Shown here in pieces: positions 26,608 through 36,067 of a stretch of DNA of 41,933 bases. The stretch's first letter is position 1. Every line of letters starts with the position of its first letter. The DNA is from an uncultured bacterium (lineage in GTDB: Bacteria > Krumholzibacteriota > Krumholzibacteriia > Krumholzibacteriales > Krumholzibacteriaceae), in the NCBI GenBank assembly GCA_965371515.1, contig CBDUYR010000023.1:1-41933 (forward strand), read 5' to 3'. The notes beneath the pieces are model-generated. The model made no database searches, had not been told where the DNA came from, and saw only the letters and a list, made by a program, of their open reading frames with translations. Position numbers and translations under genes: made by a program.

Positions 26608-27045
26608 ATGAACCGTTTTATCGGTGGAACACTGGTGACCCTGCTCGTGCTGGTCGCGGGCGCAGGTGGAATCCGTGCCGAAATCGCGGGCCTGCGCGGA
26701 GCCAGCTGGGGAGAGCTCAGATACGATATACCAAAGGAGGGCGAGCAGAACCTCGTTCTCGACGGCTGGGTCAAACAGGGAATCGATTGGGCCAAGTGGG
26801 GCAACACATCCCTCAATACATACGCTAAACTGCGATTCAAGTGGGATACCGAGGGATACGACTGGAACAACCTCTTGGGGCCGACAGTCGGCATATCCCT
26901 CGACACCTTCATGCCCGCCGGGCTCTCCGGGTCTCTCGGCGCCGAGTACACATGGGAGAAGCGGATGTTCGACGGGAACGATATCATGGACCAGAAGGTG
27001 GTCCTCTACGTCAACTGGTACGGATGGTGGGATCTGAAAAACTGA
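26608..27045 (+). CDS. Small Trp/Tyr-rich exported protein, probable outer-membrane beta-strand protein
   Basis: SD AAGGAG; signal peptide; alternating amphipathic strands (LDGWVKQGIDW, YAKLRFKWD, VLYVNWYGWW). Confidence 0.7.
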   Translation: MNRFIGGTLVTLLVLVAGAGGIRAEIAGLRGASWGELRYDIPKEGEQNLVLDGWVKQGIDWAKWGNTSLNTYAKLRFKWDTEGYDWNNLLGPTVGISLDTFMPAGLSGSLGAEYTWEKRMFDGNDIMDQKVVLYVNWYGWWDLKN

Positions 27046-27157
27046 TCTGCGGCTCATAAATCCTCAAAATCACTGCAACAGGCCGACCGCCTTCCCCGTA
27101 TCCATACATGTGGCTGTATTGCGTATCCGGAAATTCACGCTCACGGGAGGAGTAGCG

Positions 27158-28117
27158 ATGAAAAGGACTCTGGGTATACTCGTACTCGTCGTACTCGTAT
27201 GCTCGCTGTCATCGGCCGCCTTCGCCGGCAAGGCGAAGGTGATCGAGAAGACCTTCGACAGGGTGGAATCGCTGAGGATAAAGACCATCCTCGGCGACTG
27301 CATCATCAAGCAGGGCAGCGGTGACAAGATCAACGTCCGTGTCGAGTACACGTACGACGATGACGACTTCGAGGCAAAATTCAAGGAGAAGGGCAGCACC
27401 CTCTACCTCGAGGAAGACCTCGACGGGAACAACATCAAGGGCGAGTCGGAATGGCTCATCGTCGTGCCTGTCGGCATCGACATCAAGTTCGATTCGGCTA
27501 CCGGCGGACTCAAGACTTCGGGGATCGAGGGACGGCTGAGGGCCAAGTCCGGAACAGGCAAATTCGTCGTCTTCGGATTCAAAGGCGAGCTTGAGGCGAA
27601 GAGCGGCACGGGGAGCATCACCCTCGCCGACGCAGAGGGAGAGTTCGAACTCAACTCTGGCACGGGTGACATCACAGTCGAAAATGCCGGGGGCAGCTTC
27701 GATGTCAGCTCGGGAACGGGGGACGTCAAGATCGACGATGCGAAGGGCGATTTCGATGCGAACTCGGGAACGGGCAACATCGAGGCCTCCAATCTCTCGC
27801 TCGAGGATTACGGCGAGTTCACCTCGGGTACGGGAAACGCCGAGGTCGAGCTTCCCGCCGGAGATGCTTACGAACTGGCAGTCAGTTCGGGAACGGGCAA
27901 AGCCTACCTCGAATGTGGCGGCGCCGACCTGGACGCATACGTCGAGCTGTCGGCAAAGAAGCGCAGCGGCAAGATATCTTCCTCGTTCGATTTCGAGGAC
28001 GAGGAGGAGTTCGAGCGCAACGACGACACGTATATCAGGAAATGGTTCACGAAGGGCAGCGGCGCGAGGAAGATCGAGATAAGGACCGGTACGGGAAGAG
28101 CGAAGATAAAGAAGTAA
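27158..28117 (+). CDS. DUF4097 family beta-strand repeat protein
   Basis: Signal peptide; multiple ~19-aa SGTG(D/N)I repeats; SD GGAGGAG. Confidence 0.85.
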   Translation: MKRTLGILVLVVLVCSLSSAAFAGKAKVIEKTFDRVESLRIKTILGDCIIKQGSGDKINVRVEYTYDDDDFEAKFKEKGSTLYLEEDLDGNNIKGESEWLIVVPVGIDIKFDSATGGLKTSGIEGRLRAKSGTGKFVVFGFKGELEAKSGTGSITLADAEGEFELNSGTGDITVENAGGSFDVSSGTGDVKIDDAKGDFDANSGTGNIEASNLSLEDYGEFTSGTGNAEVELPAGDAYELAVSSGTGKAYLECGGADLDAYVELSAKKRSGKISSSFDFEDEEEFERNDDTYIRKWFTKGSGARKIEIRTGTGRAKIKK

Positions 28118-28168
28118 CCTGGCCGGTATCGCGTCAGACCTGCTTAAAGATGTCAGTTCTTATTGAGG

Positions 28169-28209
28169 AAATGGGGCCGGACCTCAGGGTTCGAGCCCCG
28201 TTTTCTTTC
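28169..28209. terminator. Probable bidirectional terminator
   Basis: AAATGGGGC...GCCCCGTTTT between convergent genes. Confidence 0.55.
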
Positions 28210-28234
28210 TCCACCCGGCAATGGAAAGACGCGA

Positions 28235-29332
28235 TCACTCGGGGCTCCGCGGTTCGCGTTCCATGATGTACCTCGCCATCGTGCCGAAGTACTCGCTGAC
28301 CGGCGGCGGCTCGAGTCCGCTATCCCTGACGGCCGCCGAATTGTCGAACGTCATCTCCGTATTGAGGTAGGGCATGTAGAGCTTCAGCTCGTCTGTTATC
28401 CGTTTCTCGTCGTCGGTCAGCTCGCAATCCATCCCCGACAGCCAGGCGAGAAAATCGTCCGGAGGGATTATCGTGAAGGGTTCACGGTCGAAATACTCAG
28501 CCGCCAGGTCCCTGATCTCCGCGAGAGATACCGCCCCGTCCGCTCCCGCCGTAATATGGTAGCACCTTCCCGTACTGGCCTCATTGCCGGAAAGAGCGTA
28601 GATGGCGTCGGTCACGTAGTCGACCGGCACCAGGTCCATCCTGCATGACGGATCGCCGGGAAGCATCTCCACCAGTCCGTTCCAGTAGAGCCGCAGCGCC
28701 CTGTAGAACCCGTTGAAGTCGGAGGCGCGCCCCGTTTTCGAATCGCATATCACTATGCTCGGCCGCATTATCGTTACAGGCATCTCGCCGAAGCTCTCCC
28801 GCACCAGTTTCTCCGCCTCCATCTTGCTGCGCTCATATGTGTTGCGGTGCTCCTGCCCCGTGTCGAGCTCGTCCTCGAGGATCAGCCCCTCCCGAATGCC
28901 CGACACGTAGGCGGTGCCGATGTAATCGAACTTCTCAAGCCCTGCGCACGCACGCGCCAGTTCGAGCATGTTGCGCGTGCCGCCGAGATTGATACCGCGT
29001 GCGTCCTCGAGATCGAGGTCGAACCGGGCCGCCGCGGCGCAGTGGATGATGCGGGTGGTTCTGGAGACCAATTCATCGTAATCCCTTCCCTCCAGCCCGA
29101 GCCTCTCGAGGGTGATATCACCCTCGAACACACTGAACCTGTCAGCAAAAATCTCAGGATCGGACCCCGGATAGAGTTCCTCGAGAACTGCCTGCATCCT
29201 GTCGGCCGGATTCCTTTCGCGGCGGCTCCGGACGAGCAGGTTCATCTTCATGTCGGTATCGTCTAGGTACTTCTTCAGAAGGCTCGAACCTATATATCCG
29301 GTCACCCCCGTCAGAAAGAGTGTTCCATTCAT
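28235..29332 (-). CDS. Extended SDR, thioester/fatty acyl-CoA reductase (NAD_binding_4/male-sterility type)
   Basis: FLTGVTGYIG, IHCAA, YERSK, MRPSIV, DLVPVDYV; start ATG 29332 overlaps ligase stop (ATGA). Confidence 0.88.
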   Translation of the reverse strand: MNGTLFLTGVTGYIGSSLLKKYLDDTDMKMNLLVRSRRERNPADRMQAVLEELYPGSDPEIFADRFSVFEGDITLERLGLEGRDYDELVSRTTRIIHCAAAARFDLDLEDARGINLGGTRNMLELARACAGLEKFDYIGTAYVSGIREGLILEDELDTGQEHRNTYERSKMEAEKLVRESFGEMPVTIMRPSIVICDSKTGRASDFNGFYRALRLYWNGLVEMLPGDPSCRMDLVPVDYVTDAIYALSGNEASTGRCYHITAGADGAVSLAEIRDLAAEYFDREPFTIIPPDDFLAWLSGMDCELTDDEKRITDELKLYMPYLNTEMTFDNSAAVRDSGLEPPPVSEYFGTMARYIMEREPRSPE

Positions 29333-31143
29333 ACCTCTCCTCCGTCCCGGCCGTCGTACATGGCCTCGATCGTATTCCCGTATTTTTCTATGACGCGTTT
29401 CCGCCTCAGCTTCAGCGTAGGCGTGAGGAGCTTGTTTGCGATTGTAAAGCTCTCCGGCACAATGGAGAACACCTTGACTTTCTCGTACCGGGCGCGATCC
29501 GCCGTCGTTTTCTCGATCTCGCCGGATATGAGGTCCCTTATCTCCCTGTTCTTGAGAAGCTCCTCGTACCCGGCAGCGATAAGATCCCTGTCGCGGGCAT
29601 ACTCCTCTATCGCGCATTTCTCCGGCACGATGAGCGCGGTGATATACTTCCTGTTATCCCCGTACAGGAGCGCCTGATCTATGTACCAGCTCTTCATTAT
29701 CTCCGCCTCGATCGGGACGGGAGCGACGTTCTTGCCGTAGGAGGTGACTATCAGTTCCTTGATCCTCCCCGTTATGACGAGATTGCCCAGCTCGTCGAAT
29801 CTTCCCTGGTCGCCCGTGTGCAGCCATCCATTTCGATCTATTACCTTCGCCGTCTCTTCCGGCTTGTTGAAATACCCCTTCATGATGTTCGACCCTCTTA
29901 CGAGGATCTCGTCGGCATCGCCGATCCTGATCTCGACGCCGTCGAGCGGCTTGCCGACCGTTCCAAGCCTGTTGTCGCCGGGAAGCGCCGTTGCGACGAC
30001 GGGCGAAGCCTCGGTGAGCCCATACCCTTCGAGTATGTTGAATCCCAGGACGAGCAGCGTCTTGGCGAGTCCCCTGTCGAGCGGCGCCCCGCCCGATACG
30101 AGCAGACGGACCCTCCCACCTGCTATCATCCTGAACTTCGACGCAACGAGCCTGTCGGCAAGTGAACTCCGTATCCTGAGCAGCGCGGGGACCTTCTCCC
30201 CCCTGAACTCGCGGTTTACGCGTTCGTTCAGGGTACGGATGGCACCATACACCATCCTTCGCCGTACGAGCGAGCTGGCGAGGACCTTCTTTTCGACCGC
30301 CTCGTAGATCTTCTCGACGATACGCGGGACGACTATAAGAATCGTGGGGTGTATCGTCCGCACATCGTCGACGATCGTCGTCAGGTCGCCGGCGTAGGCG
30401 ATCGTCACGCCGCTGAACAGCATCGAGTAATAGCCGCACGTCTTCTCGAGCATGTGGCAGAGGGGCAGAAACGAGAGGAACGAGTCGCTGCTGCTCACTC
30501 CGAACCTCGCGGCGACAGCAAGGGCGTTCGAGGTGATGTTCCCGTGCGAGAGGACCACGCCCTTGGGTTCTCCGGTCGTCCCCGACGTGTAGACGATCGT
30601 GGCAATATCATCAGGTGACACTTCGGGAAACTCGATCTCTGGATTGTCGGTCCCATCGCCGCCCTTGAGAAAATCGCTGATATAGAGGCATGTCTCCCGC
30701 CTGCACTCCCCCTCGTCCTCGAACATCACGGCGTGCTCGAGCGCCGGCAGCTCTACCCTCACAGCGTCCACGGACGAGAGCATCAGCGCGTTCTCGACAA
30801 AGACGAGCCTGCACCCCGCATCGGCGAGGATATAGCTCATCGCCGACGGCGTCAGCGTGTGATATATCGGAACGACGATCGCGCCGAGCTTGATCACGGC
30901 GAGGTCGGCGATTACCCATTCGGGGCCGTGATAAGAGATGATCGCGACCTTGTCTCCCCGCGCGACTCCGAGCTGACGCAGCGAGGAGGCGAGCCGGCTT
31001 GAAAGCAGGTCGAGTTCTCCGTATGAGATTCCGGTATACTTCCCGGAACTGTCCTTGTAATTCAGCGCGGTTTTATCGGAATACTGCCGGACAGATTCCA
31101 AAAAGGCCCCGCAGATCGTAATAGGCTTCTTCCCGTCTGTCAT
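29329..31143 (-). CDS. Long-chain fatty-acid--CoA ligase (AMP-dependent synthetase)
   Basis: YTSGTTGEPKG, FLPLCH, GYGLTE, HTGD, GRIKE, LTPTLKLRR. Confidence 0.92.
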   Translation of the reverse strand: MTDGKKPITICGAFLESVRQYSDKTALNYKDSSGKYTGISYGELDLLSSRLASSLRQLGVARGDKVAIISYHGPEWVIADLAVIKLGAIVVPIYHTLTPSAMSYILADAGCRLVFVENALMLSSVDAVRVELPALEHAVMFEDEGECRRETCLYISDFLKGGDGTDNPEIEFPEVSPDDIATIVYTSGTTGEPKGVVLSHGNITSNALAVAARFGVSSSDSFLSFLPLCHMLEKTCGYYSMLFSGVTIAYAGDLTTIVDDVRTIHPTILIVVPRIVEKIYEAVEKKVLASSLVRRRMVYGAIRTLNERVNREFRGEKVPALLRIRSSLADRLVASKFRMIAGGRVRLLVSGGAPLDRGLAKTLLVLGFNILEGYGLTEASPVVATALPGDNRLGTVGKPLDGVEIRIGDADEILVRGSNIMKGYFNKPEETAKVIDRNGWLHTGDQGRFDELGNLVITGRIKELIVTSYGKNVAPVPIEAEIMKSWYIDQALLYGDNRKYITALIVPEKCAIEEYARDRDLIAAGYEELLKNREIRDLISGEIEKTTADRARYEKVKVFSIVPESFTIANKLLTPTLKLRRKRVIEKYGNTIEAMYDGRDGGEV

Positions 31144-33782
31144 GAGCCACTCTTTCCCGAGTACTTTCTGACAATACGTTTGAAGCGCGGAAGCTCCCGG
31201 ATCGGATCGAACTTCGGTGAGCTCTCGAGGAATGGAACTGATACGAAGGCGGGAACAGAGAGAAGATGCTCAATATTATCCATCGCCGCAGCGTATTCAC
31301 CGACCATGATATATATCTCCGTCATATCCTGGATTCTGTAGTCCTCCAGCAATTTGTCCCATGATACGAGCTCAAGGGCCTGTTCCGCCTCACGGATCGC
31401 GTCATCCTTTCGTCCGAGCCCGGCGTAGGCCTGCCCGAGAGCGCTGCGGATTGCGCTTTCCATAATCCTGTCGTCCCCGTTGATACGAGCCATTTCTTCG
31501 AGAATCACCCTTGCCGAATCGAATCTCGCGCGAGCCATGGTGGTGTCACCCATCATCCTGTAGGCTAATCCCTCTAGGAGGGATCGAATCGTGAGATCCC
31601 GGCTGAAGAAATAAGTCTCCCTCTCAGGCATCGGACCGAGTGCTTCGAGAGCGCCTTCGGGACCCCTCTCCACCATGCACTGATTATAGAAACCCGGCGC
31701 AAGCTCGTTCAACCTCGCTTGAGGAGCCGATTCGAGGATCGAGCGGGATCTGGAAATATCTCCGGTCCATAGAAGCTCGTTCAACCATCGCATCGTATAA
31801 GACGCTACCTGATCCGGTTCAAGCTCAAGCGAGCGGACGAGTTGACGATCTGCCTCTTCGTATCTCCTCAGAAACACGTTCGTGATGCCCATCTGCATCT
31901 GGTACCAGTACTGTCCGGGAGCAAGAACCGCTGCTTTCTCGAGATACTCGAGAGCTTCCTCGAGCAGTCCCTGCCGCCGCCATATATAGGCAATCGCCTC
32001 GATTTCCTCATGACTGTTGGGCATCCCGCGGGCTGCGATCGAGTGGTAATGCAGGGCCTTCTCGAAGTCCTGGCGTCCTGTGTAATAGTAGCTCCCGAGA
32101 GCGGCATAACCTTCGGGAAGATCGGGGTCGATCTCGAGGGCCCTGTCGGCTGCGGCCTTCGCCTTTTCCAGCCGCCCAGGCGTCCTGTCGTACCCCCAGA
32201 AGTAATATTCCGAATGCACAACTGACAATTTCGCATAGGCGAGGGCGAACTGCGGATCGAGATCGACTGCCTGCTTCAGAAGGGTCTCCGCCTTCTCCCA
32301 TCTTTCTCTCACTGCGCCCGCTTTGGACAAATAGCCGATACCGCGCAAGTAGGTCTCGTATGCGAGTAGGTTTTCGGTGGGTTTAGCTTCGACGAGGTCG
32401 CGTTCACGGTCGAGCATCGTCACGCCGAGCTGCCCGATTATCTTTTCCGCGATCTCCGACTGTACGGCAAAGATGTCCTCGATGACGCGATCGTATGTCT
32501 CTGCCCAGAGATGCGTATCGTCCGAAACCTGGATGAGCTGCGGAGTGACCCTGACGCGGCTACCCGCCGCCGCGCCCTTGTTCCAGCGAACCGTCCCCTC
32601 GAGTACGTAGTCGACTCCCAGATCATCCCCGATCTGCCGGAGCGTCTTTCCCTCGCGATCGTACTGGACCGCGCTGGTGCGGGATATCACGCCGAGGCCG
32701 CTCACCGCTGCGAGACGGCTCGTGATCTCCTCGGTCATCCCGTCGGCAAAGTACTTATCATCGGGAGATCCAAGGTTCTCGAAGGGGAGCACGACGAGCA
32801 TCTTCCTGTCGTCCACTGCCGAAGTCTCCCGCTCCGCCCGAAAAAGCTTCGGGACGACCAGTGCAGCCACCACGATCAGCGGGACAGCGATTACGATCCA
32901 CGGCCAGCGTGCGCCCAGAGTCCTCGGAGCAGGCGCCTGAGCGGCTGCTACAGTCCTCCCGGCAGGTGTAAAAGCCTCATGAACCTGCCTCAGATCGGCC
33001 GCGAGATCCGCCATGCCCTGGTATCTCCGGCCCGGGTCCTTTCGCAGGCATTTCGAGACGATACGCTCGAGCTCCATCGGCACGCCTGTCCGCAGCGCCG
33101 TTACAGGTTCAGGCTCCTCGCTGAGTATCGAGTAGACTACAGCCTGCTCGTAATCCCCCCTGAAAGGCAGCCGCCCGGTTATCATCTCGTACAGGACGAC
33201 CCCGAGCGACCATATATCGGTACGGCTGTCGACGTCTTCCCCCCTGGATTGCTCCGGAGACATGTAAGCATAAGTGCCAAGTGTAGAGTCGGCCCTCGTC
33301 AGCATCGTCCGCCCGAGCGCCTTGGCCAGACCGAAGTCCATGATCTTCACCCGGCCCTTGCCGCTTAGCATTATGTTGGCCGGCTTTATGTCGCGGTGTA
33401 CGATATTCTTCTCGTGCGCCTCCTGGAGGCCGGCGGCCGCCTGAAGCGCGATATCGACAGCTTCATCGATCTTGAGAGGTCCCTGTCCGATCAGTTCCCC
33501 GAGGTCCTGGCCCTCAACGTACTGCATCGCGATGAAGGGTTGTCCGTCCGCTTCATCGACCTCGTAGATCGTGCAGATGTTGGGATGGCTGAGCGCCGCC
33601 TCGGCCTTCGCTTCGTGGAGGAATCGTGCCCGGTCCTCCTCGCCCCCTATAGCGCGGGGCGCGAGGAACTTAAGCGCGACGATGCGATCGAGCTTCGTAT
33701 CCTCGGCCCGGTACACCACGCCCATCCCGCCCCGGCCGAGCTCCTCGAGGATCTTATAGTGCGATACTGTTTTGCCTATCAT
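31140..33782 (-). CDS. Hanks-type Ser/Thr protein kinase with TM helix, TolB_N-like domain and TPR repeats
   Basis: GRGGMG, VALK, HRDIKPAN, DFGLA, YMSPE, DIWSLG; TM; VLPFENL..DKYFADGMTEEI; TPRs. Confidence 0.92.
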   Translation of the reverse strand: MIGKTVSHYKILEELGRGGMGVVYRAEDTKLDRIVALKFLAPRAIGGEEDRARFLHEAKAEAALSHPNICTIYEVDEADGQPFIAMQYVEGQDLGELIGQGPLKIDEAVDIALQAAAGLQEAHEKNIVHRDIKPANIMLSGKGRVKIMDFGLAKALGRTMLTRADSTLGTYAYMSPEQSRGEDVDSRTDIWSLGVVLYEMITGRLPFRGDYEQAVVYSILSEEPEPVTALRTGVPMELERIVSKCLRKDPGRRYQGMADLAADLRQVHEAFTPAGRTVAAAQAPAPRTLGARWPWIVIAVPLIVVAALVVPKLFRAERETSAVDDRKMLVVLPFENLGSPDDKYFADGMTEEITSRLAAVSGLGVISRTSAVQYDREGKTLRQIGDDLGVDYVLEGTVRWNKGAAAGSRVRVTPQLIQVSDDTHLWAETYDRVIEDIFAVQSEIAEKIIGQLGVTMLDRERDLVEAKPTENLLAYETYLRGIGYLSKAGAVRERWEKAETLLKQAVDLDPQFALAYAKLSVVHSEYYFWGYDRTPGRLEKAKAAADRALEIDPDLPEGYAALGSYYYTGRQDFEKALHYHSIAARGMPNSHEEIEAIAYIWRRQGLLEEALEYLEKAAVLAPGQYWYQMQMGITNVFLRRYEEADRQLVRSLELEPDQVASYTMRWLNELLWTGDISRSRSILESAPQARLNELAPGFYNQCMVERGPEGALEALGPMPERETYFFSRDLTIRSLLEGLAYRMMGDTTMARARFDSARVILEEMARINGDDRIMESAIRSALGQAYAGLGRKDDAIREAEQALELVSWDKLLEDYRIQDMTEIYIMVGEYAAAMDNIEHLLSVPAFVSVPFLESSPKFDPIRELPRFKRIVRKYSGKSGS

Positions 33783-33985
33783 GAGAGTTCCCCGTGTCCG
33801 CCGGAATTATACCACGTATCGCCGCACGGACAGCAAGAATAACCGCCTCGGGAACCGGGAAGGACATTTCGTCCTGAATGCTGGAACTGCTCCGGAATTT
33901 CAGCTATACTCGTGCGGATTTCAATGACCACTTTCCCGGAACGGGGCTGAAGTATGAACATCAATATCATCAACGGGAGGTTGCC

Positions 33986-36067
33986 TTGAGCGCCATCAGG
34001 CCGATCGGACGTTTATCGTTAATCGTTGTCCTTACTTTGATAACGGGTATCCTCTGTATATCGGCCGTCATGGCCGACGAACCGGGCGTTCCGCCCGGAG
34101 AGAAGCCGCCTGCCGACGTATTTTCGCGTGTAAAAGACGCGGGGACGGCGGACGAACACGAGGGCGCCGATCATCTCGTCGTCTTCGACTACGCGATGAA
34201 CCACATGAAGCCATCGGGCGTTACCTACGTCGATAGCTATATCATATACAAGGTCCTCACAGCCGCCGGCTGCCGCGACAGGTCGGTCCTGAGATGGAAC
34301 TTCGATCCACAGAGCAGCTACGTCGAGGTGCGGGAGGTCAACATCATCCGCGACGGGAAGAAGATCCCCGTCGACGTCTCGAAGGTCCATGACCTGCCGG
34401 CGCCGCAGCGGGCGATCTACTGGAATGATCGCATCAAGACCCTGCAGCTGCCGAGACTCGAGATAAACGACGGGATCGAGATCACAGTCTTCCGCAAGGG
34501 ATTCACCTACGCCTTGCTAAACGGCGGCTCATCCAGTACATCACCGTCCGGCGCCGGGCAGGAGCCCTCCGCCCAGGCCCCCGACGACGACCGCTACATC
34601 CCGCCGATGCCTGGCGAGTATTTCGATATAGTCCTGTTCGCCGGCTCCGAGCCGATCATTGAGAAGAAATACGTGCTCAGCCTGCCTGCAGACAAGAGGC
34701 TTCACTCCGAGATCTACAACGGCCCCCTCTATTCGGCCACTACATACACCGGGGACCGGACAGAGTACTCGTGGTGGGGGCTCGACCTCCCGCCGGCAAA
34801 GCGCGAGGCGCGCCAGCCCGCCCAGAGCGACTTCACAGCCAAGGTCGTGATGGCAACCGCCGAGAGCTGGGAAGCGAAGAGCCGATGGTTTTTCGACGTC
34901 AACCGGGACCAGTTCGAGGTGACGCCGGAGATCCAGGAGAAGGTCGACGAAATCCTCAGGGATGCGGGCGTCTCTAAAGCGTCGGAGGAGAAGAAGGCCA
35001 AGGCGCTCATCCACTGGGTCGCGCAGAATATCAGGTACAGCGGCCAGACGATGGGCGAGGGCGAGGGATTCACCCTGCATCCCGCCCCGATGATACTCGA
35101 GCAGCGCAGCGGCGTCTGCAAGGACATCGCCGGCATGCTGATCGCGATGATGAGAGGCGCGGGACTCGACAGCTATGCGGCGATGACTATGGCAGGCAGC
35201 AGGATCGACCTCGTGCCGGCCGATCAGTTCAACCACTGCGTCTGCGCCCTGAAGAAAGAGGACGGGACCTTTGAGATGTACGATCCGACGTGGGTACCAT
35301 ACAACAACTCGATATGGTCACTGCTCGAGGCGGAGCAGCATTACCTCGTCGGCACGCCCGAAGGAGAATTCCTCTCCCGTATCGATTACAGTCCCCCGGA
35401 GGAATCGCCGCTGATTATCACGCATAACGCAAAGATGAGCGATGACGGCACCCTCGAGGGAACACTCAGGATGTCCGGCTCCGGCGCCCTCGACGGAAGG
35501 CTGCGGCGCATGGTCGCCAACACGAGGCGTGCGGAGGTGGCGCATACGGTAGCGCAGCTCTTCGCTCATGTGAGCGACCGCGTCGAGGGAATCAGCATCA
35601 AACATCACACGCCCGAAGATTTCAGCAAGGACATGTGGATCGAGATCAAGTACCGCATCCCGCGCTACGCCAGTCCCATAGCGGATGGTTTCGAATTCCA
35701 GAGCCCGATGATGCAGATCGTCCTGAATGACGGGAACCTCTTCCGCGCCGCGACGGGACGCCTGGAAAAGGAGCGCAAGACCGACGTCTTCCTCTACTAC
35801 ACCCAGCTGATTGAAGGTACAGAGAAGATCCGGCTGCCTAAGGGTTTTAAAGCGGTCGATCCGCCATCGTCGAAAAAGATCGACGAGACATACGCGGCAT
35901 TCAAGGGAACAAGCGAGATGGATGGACGTGTGTTGAAAATAACCCAGCATGCCGAGATCAGGAGGCGTCAGATCCCGCCCGACGGGTACGGGGGATTCAA
36001 GGCGGCCGTCGACGAGGCGAAGGAGTGGGGCGGCAAATCCTATCGGATAGAGAAAGGAGGCAAATGA
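33986..36067 (+). CDS. DUF3857 + transglutaminase-like protein with intact Cys-His-Asp triad
   Basis: TTG start after GGGAGG; signal peptide; WVAQNIRY, GVCKD, FNHC, YDPT. Confidence 0.85.
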   Translation: MSAIRPIGRLSLIVVLTLITGILCISAVMADEPGVPPGEKPPADVFSRVKDAGTADEHEGADHLVVFDYAMNHMKPSGVTYVDSYIIYKVLTAAGCRDRSVLRWNFDPQSSYVEVREVNIIRDGKKIPVDVSKVHDLPAPQRAIYWNDRIKTLQLPRLEINDGIEITVFRKGFTYALLNGGSSSTSPSGAGQEPSAQAPDDDRYIPPMPGEYFDIVLFAGSEPIIEKKYVLSLPADKRLHSEIYNGPLYSATTYTGDRTEYSWWGLDLPPAKREARQPAQSDFTAKVVMATAESWEAKSRWFFDVNRDQFEVTPEIQEKVDEILRDAGVSKASEEKKAKALIHWVAQNIRYSGQTMGEGEGFTLHPAPMILEQRSGVCKDIAGMLIAMMRGAGLDSYAAMTMAGSRIDLVPADQFNHCVCALKKEDGTFEMYDPTWVPYNNSIWSLLEAEQHYLVGTPEGEFLSRIDYSPPEESPLIITHNAKMSDDGTLEGTLRMSGSGALDGRLRRMVANTRRAEVAHTVAQLFAHVSDRVEGISIKHHTPEDFSKDMWIEIKYRIPRYASPIADGFEFQSPMMQIVLNDGNLFRAATGRLEKERKTDVFLYYTQLIEGTEKIRLPKGFKAVDPPSSKKIDETYAAFKGTSEMDGRVLKITQHAEIRRRQIPPDGYGGFKAAVDEAKEWGGKSYRIEKGGK

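Noticed and set aside
29333..29617. 95-aa N-terminal extension of the reductase in the ORF track
   Set aside because: Overlaps the ligase in another frame; the true start is ATG 29332 with SD GGAGAGG
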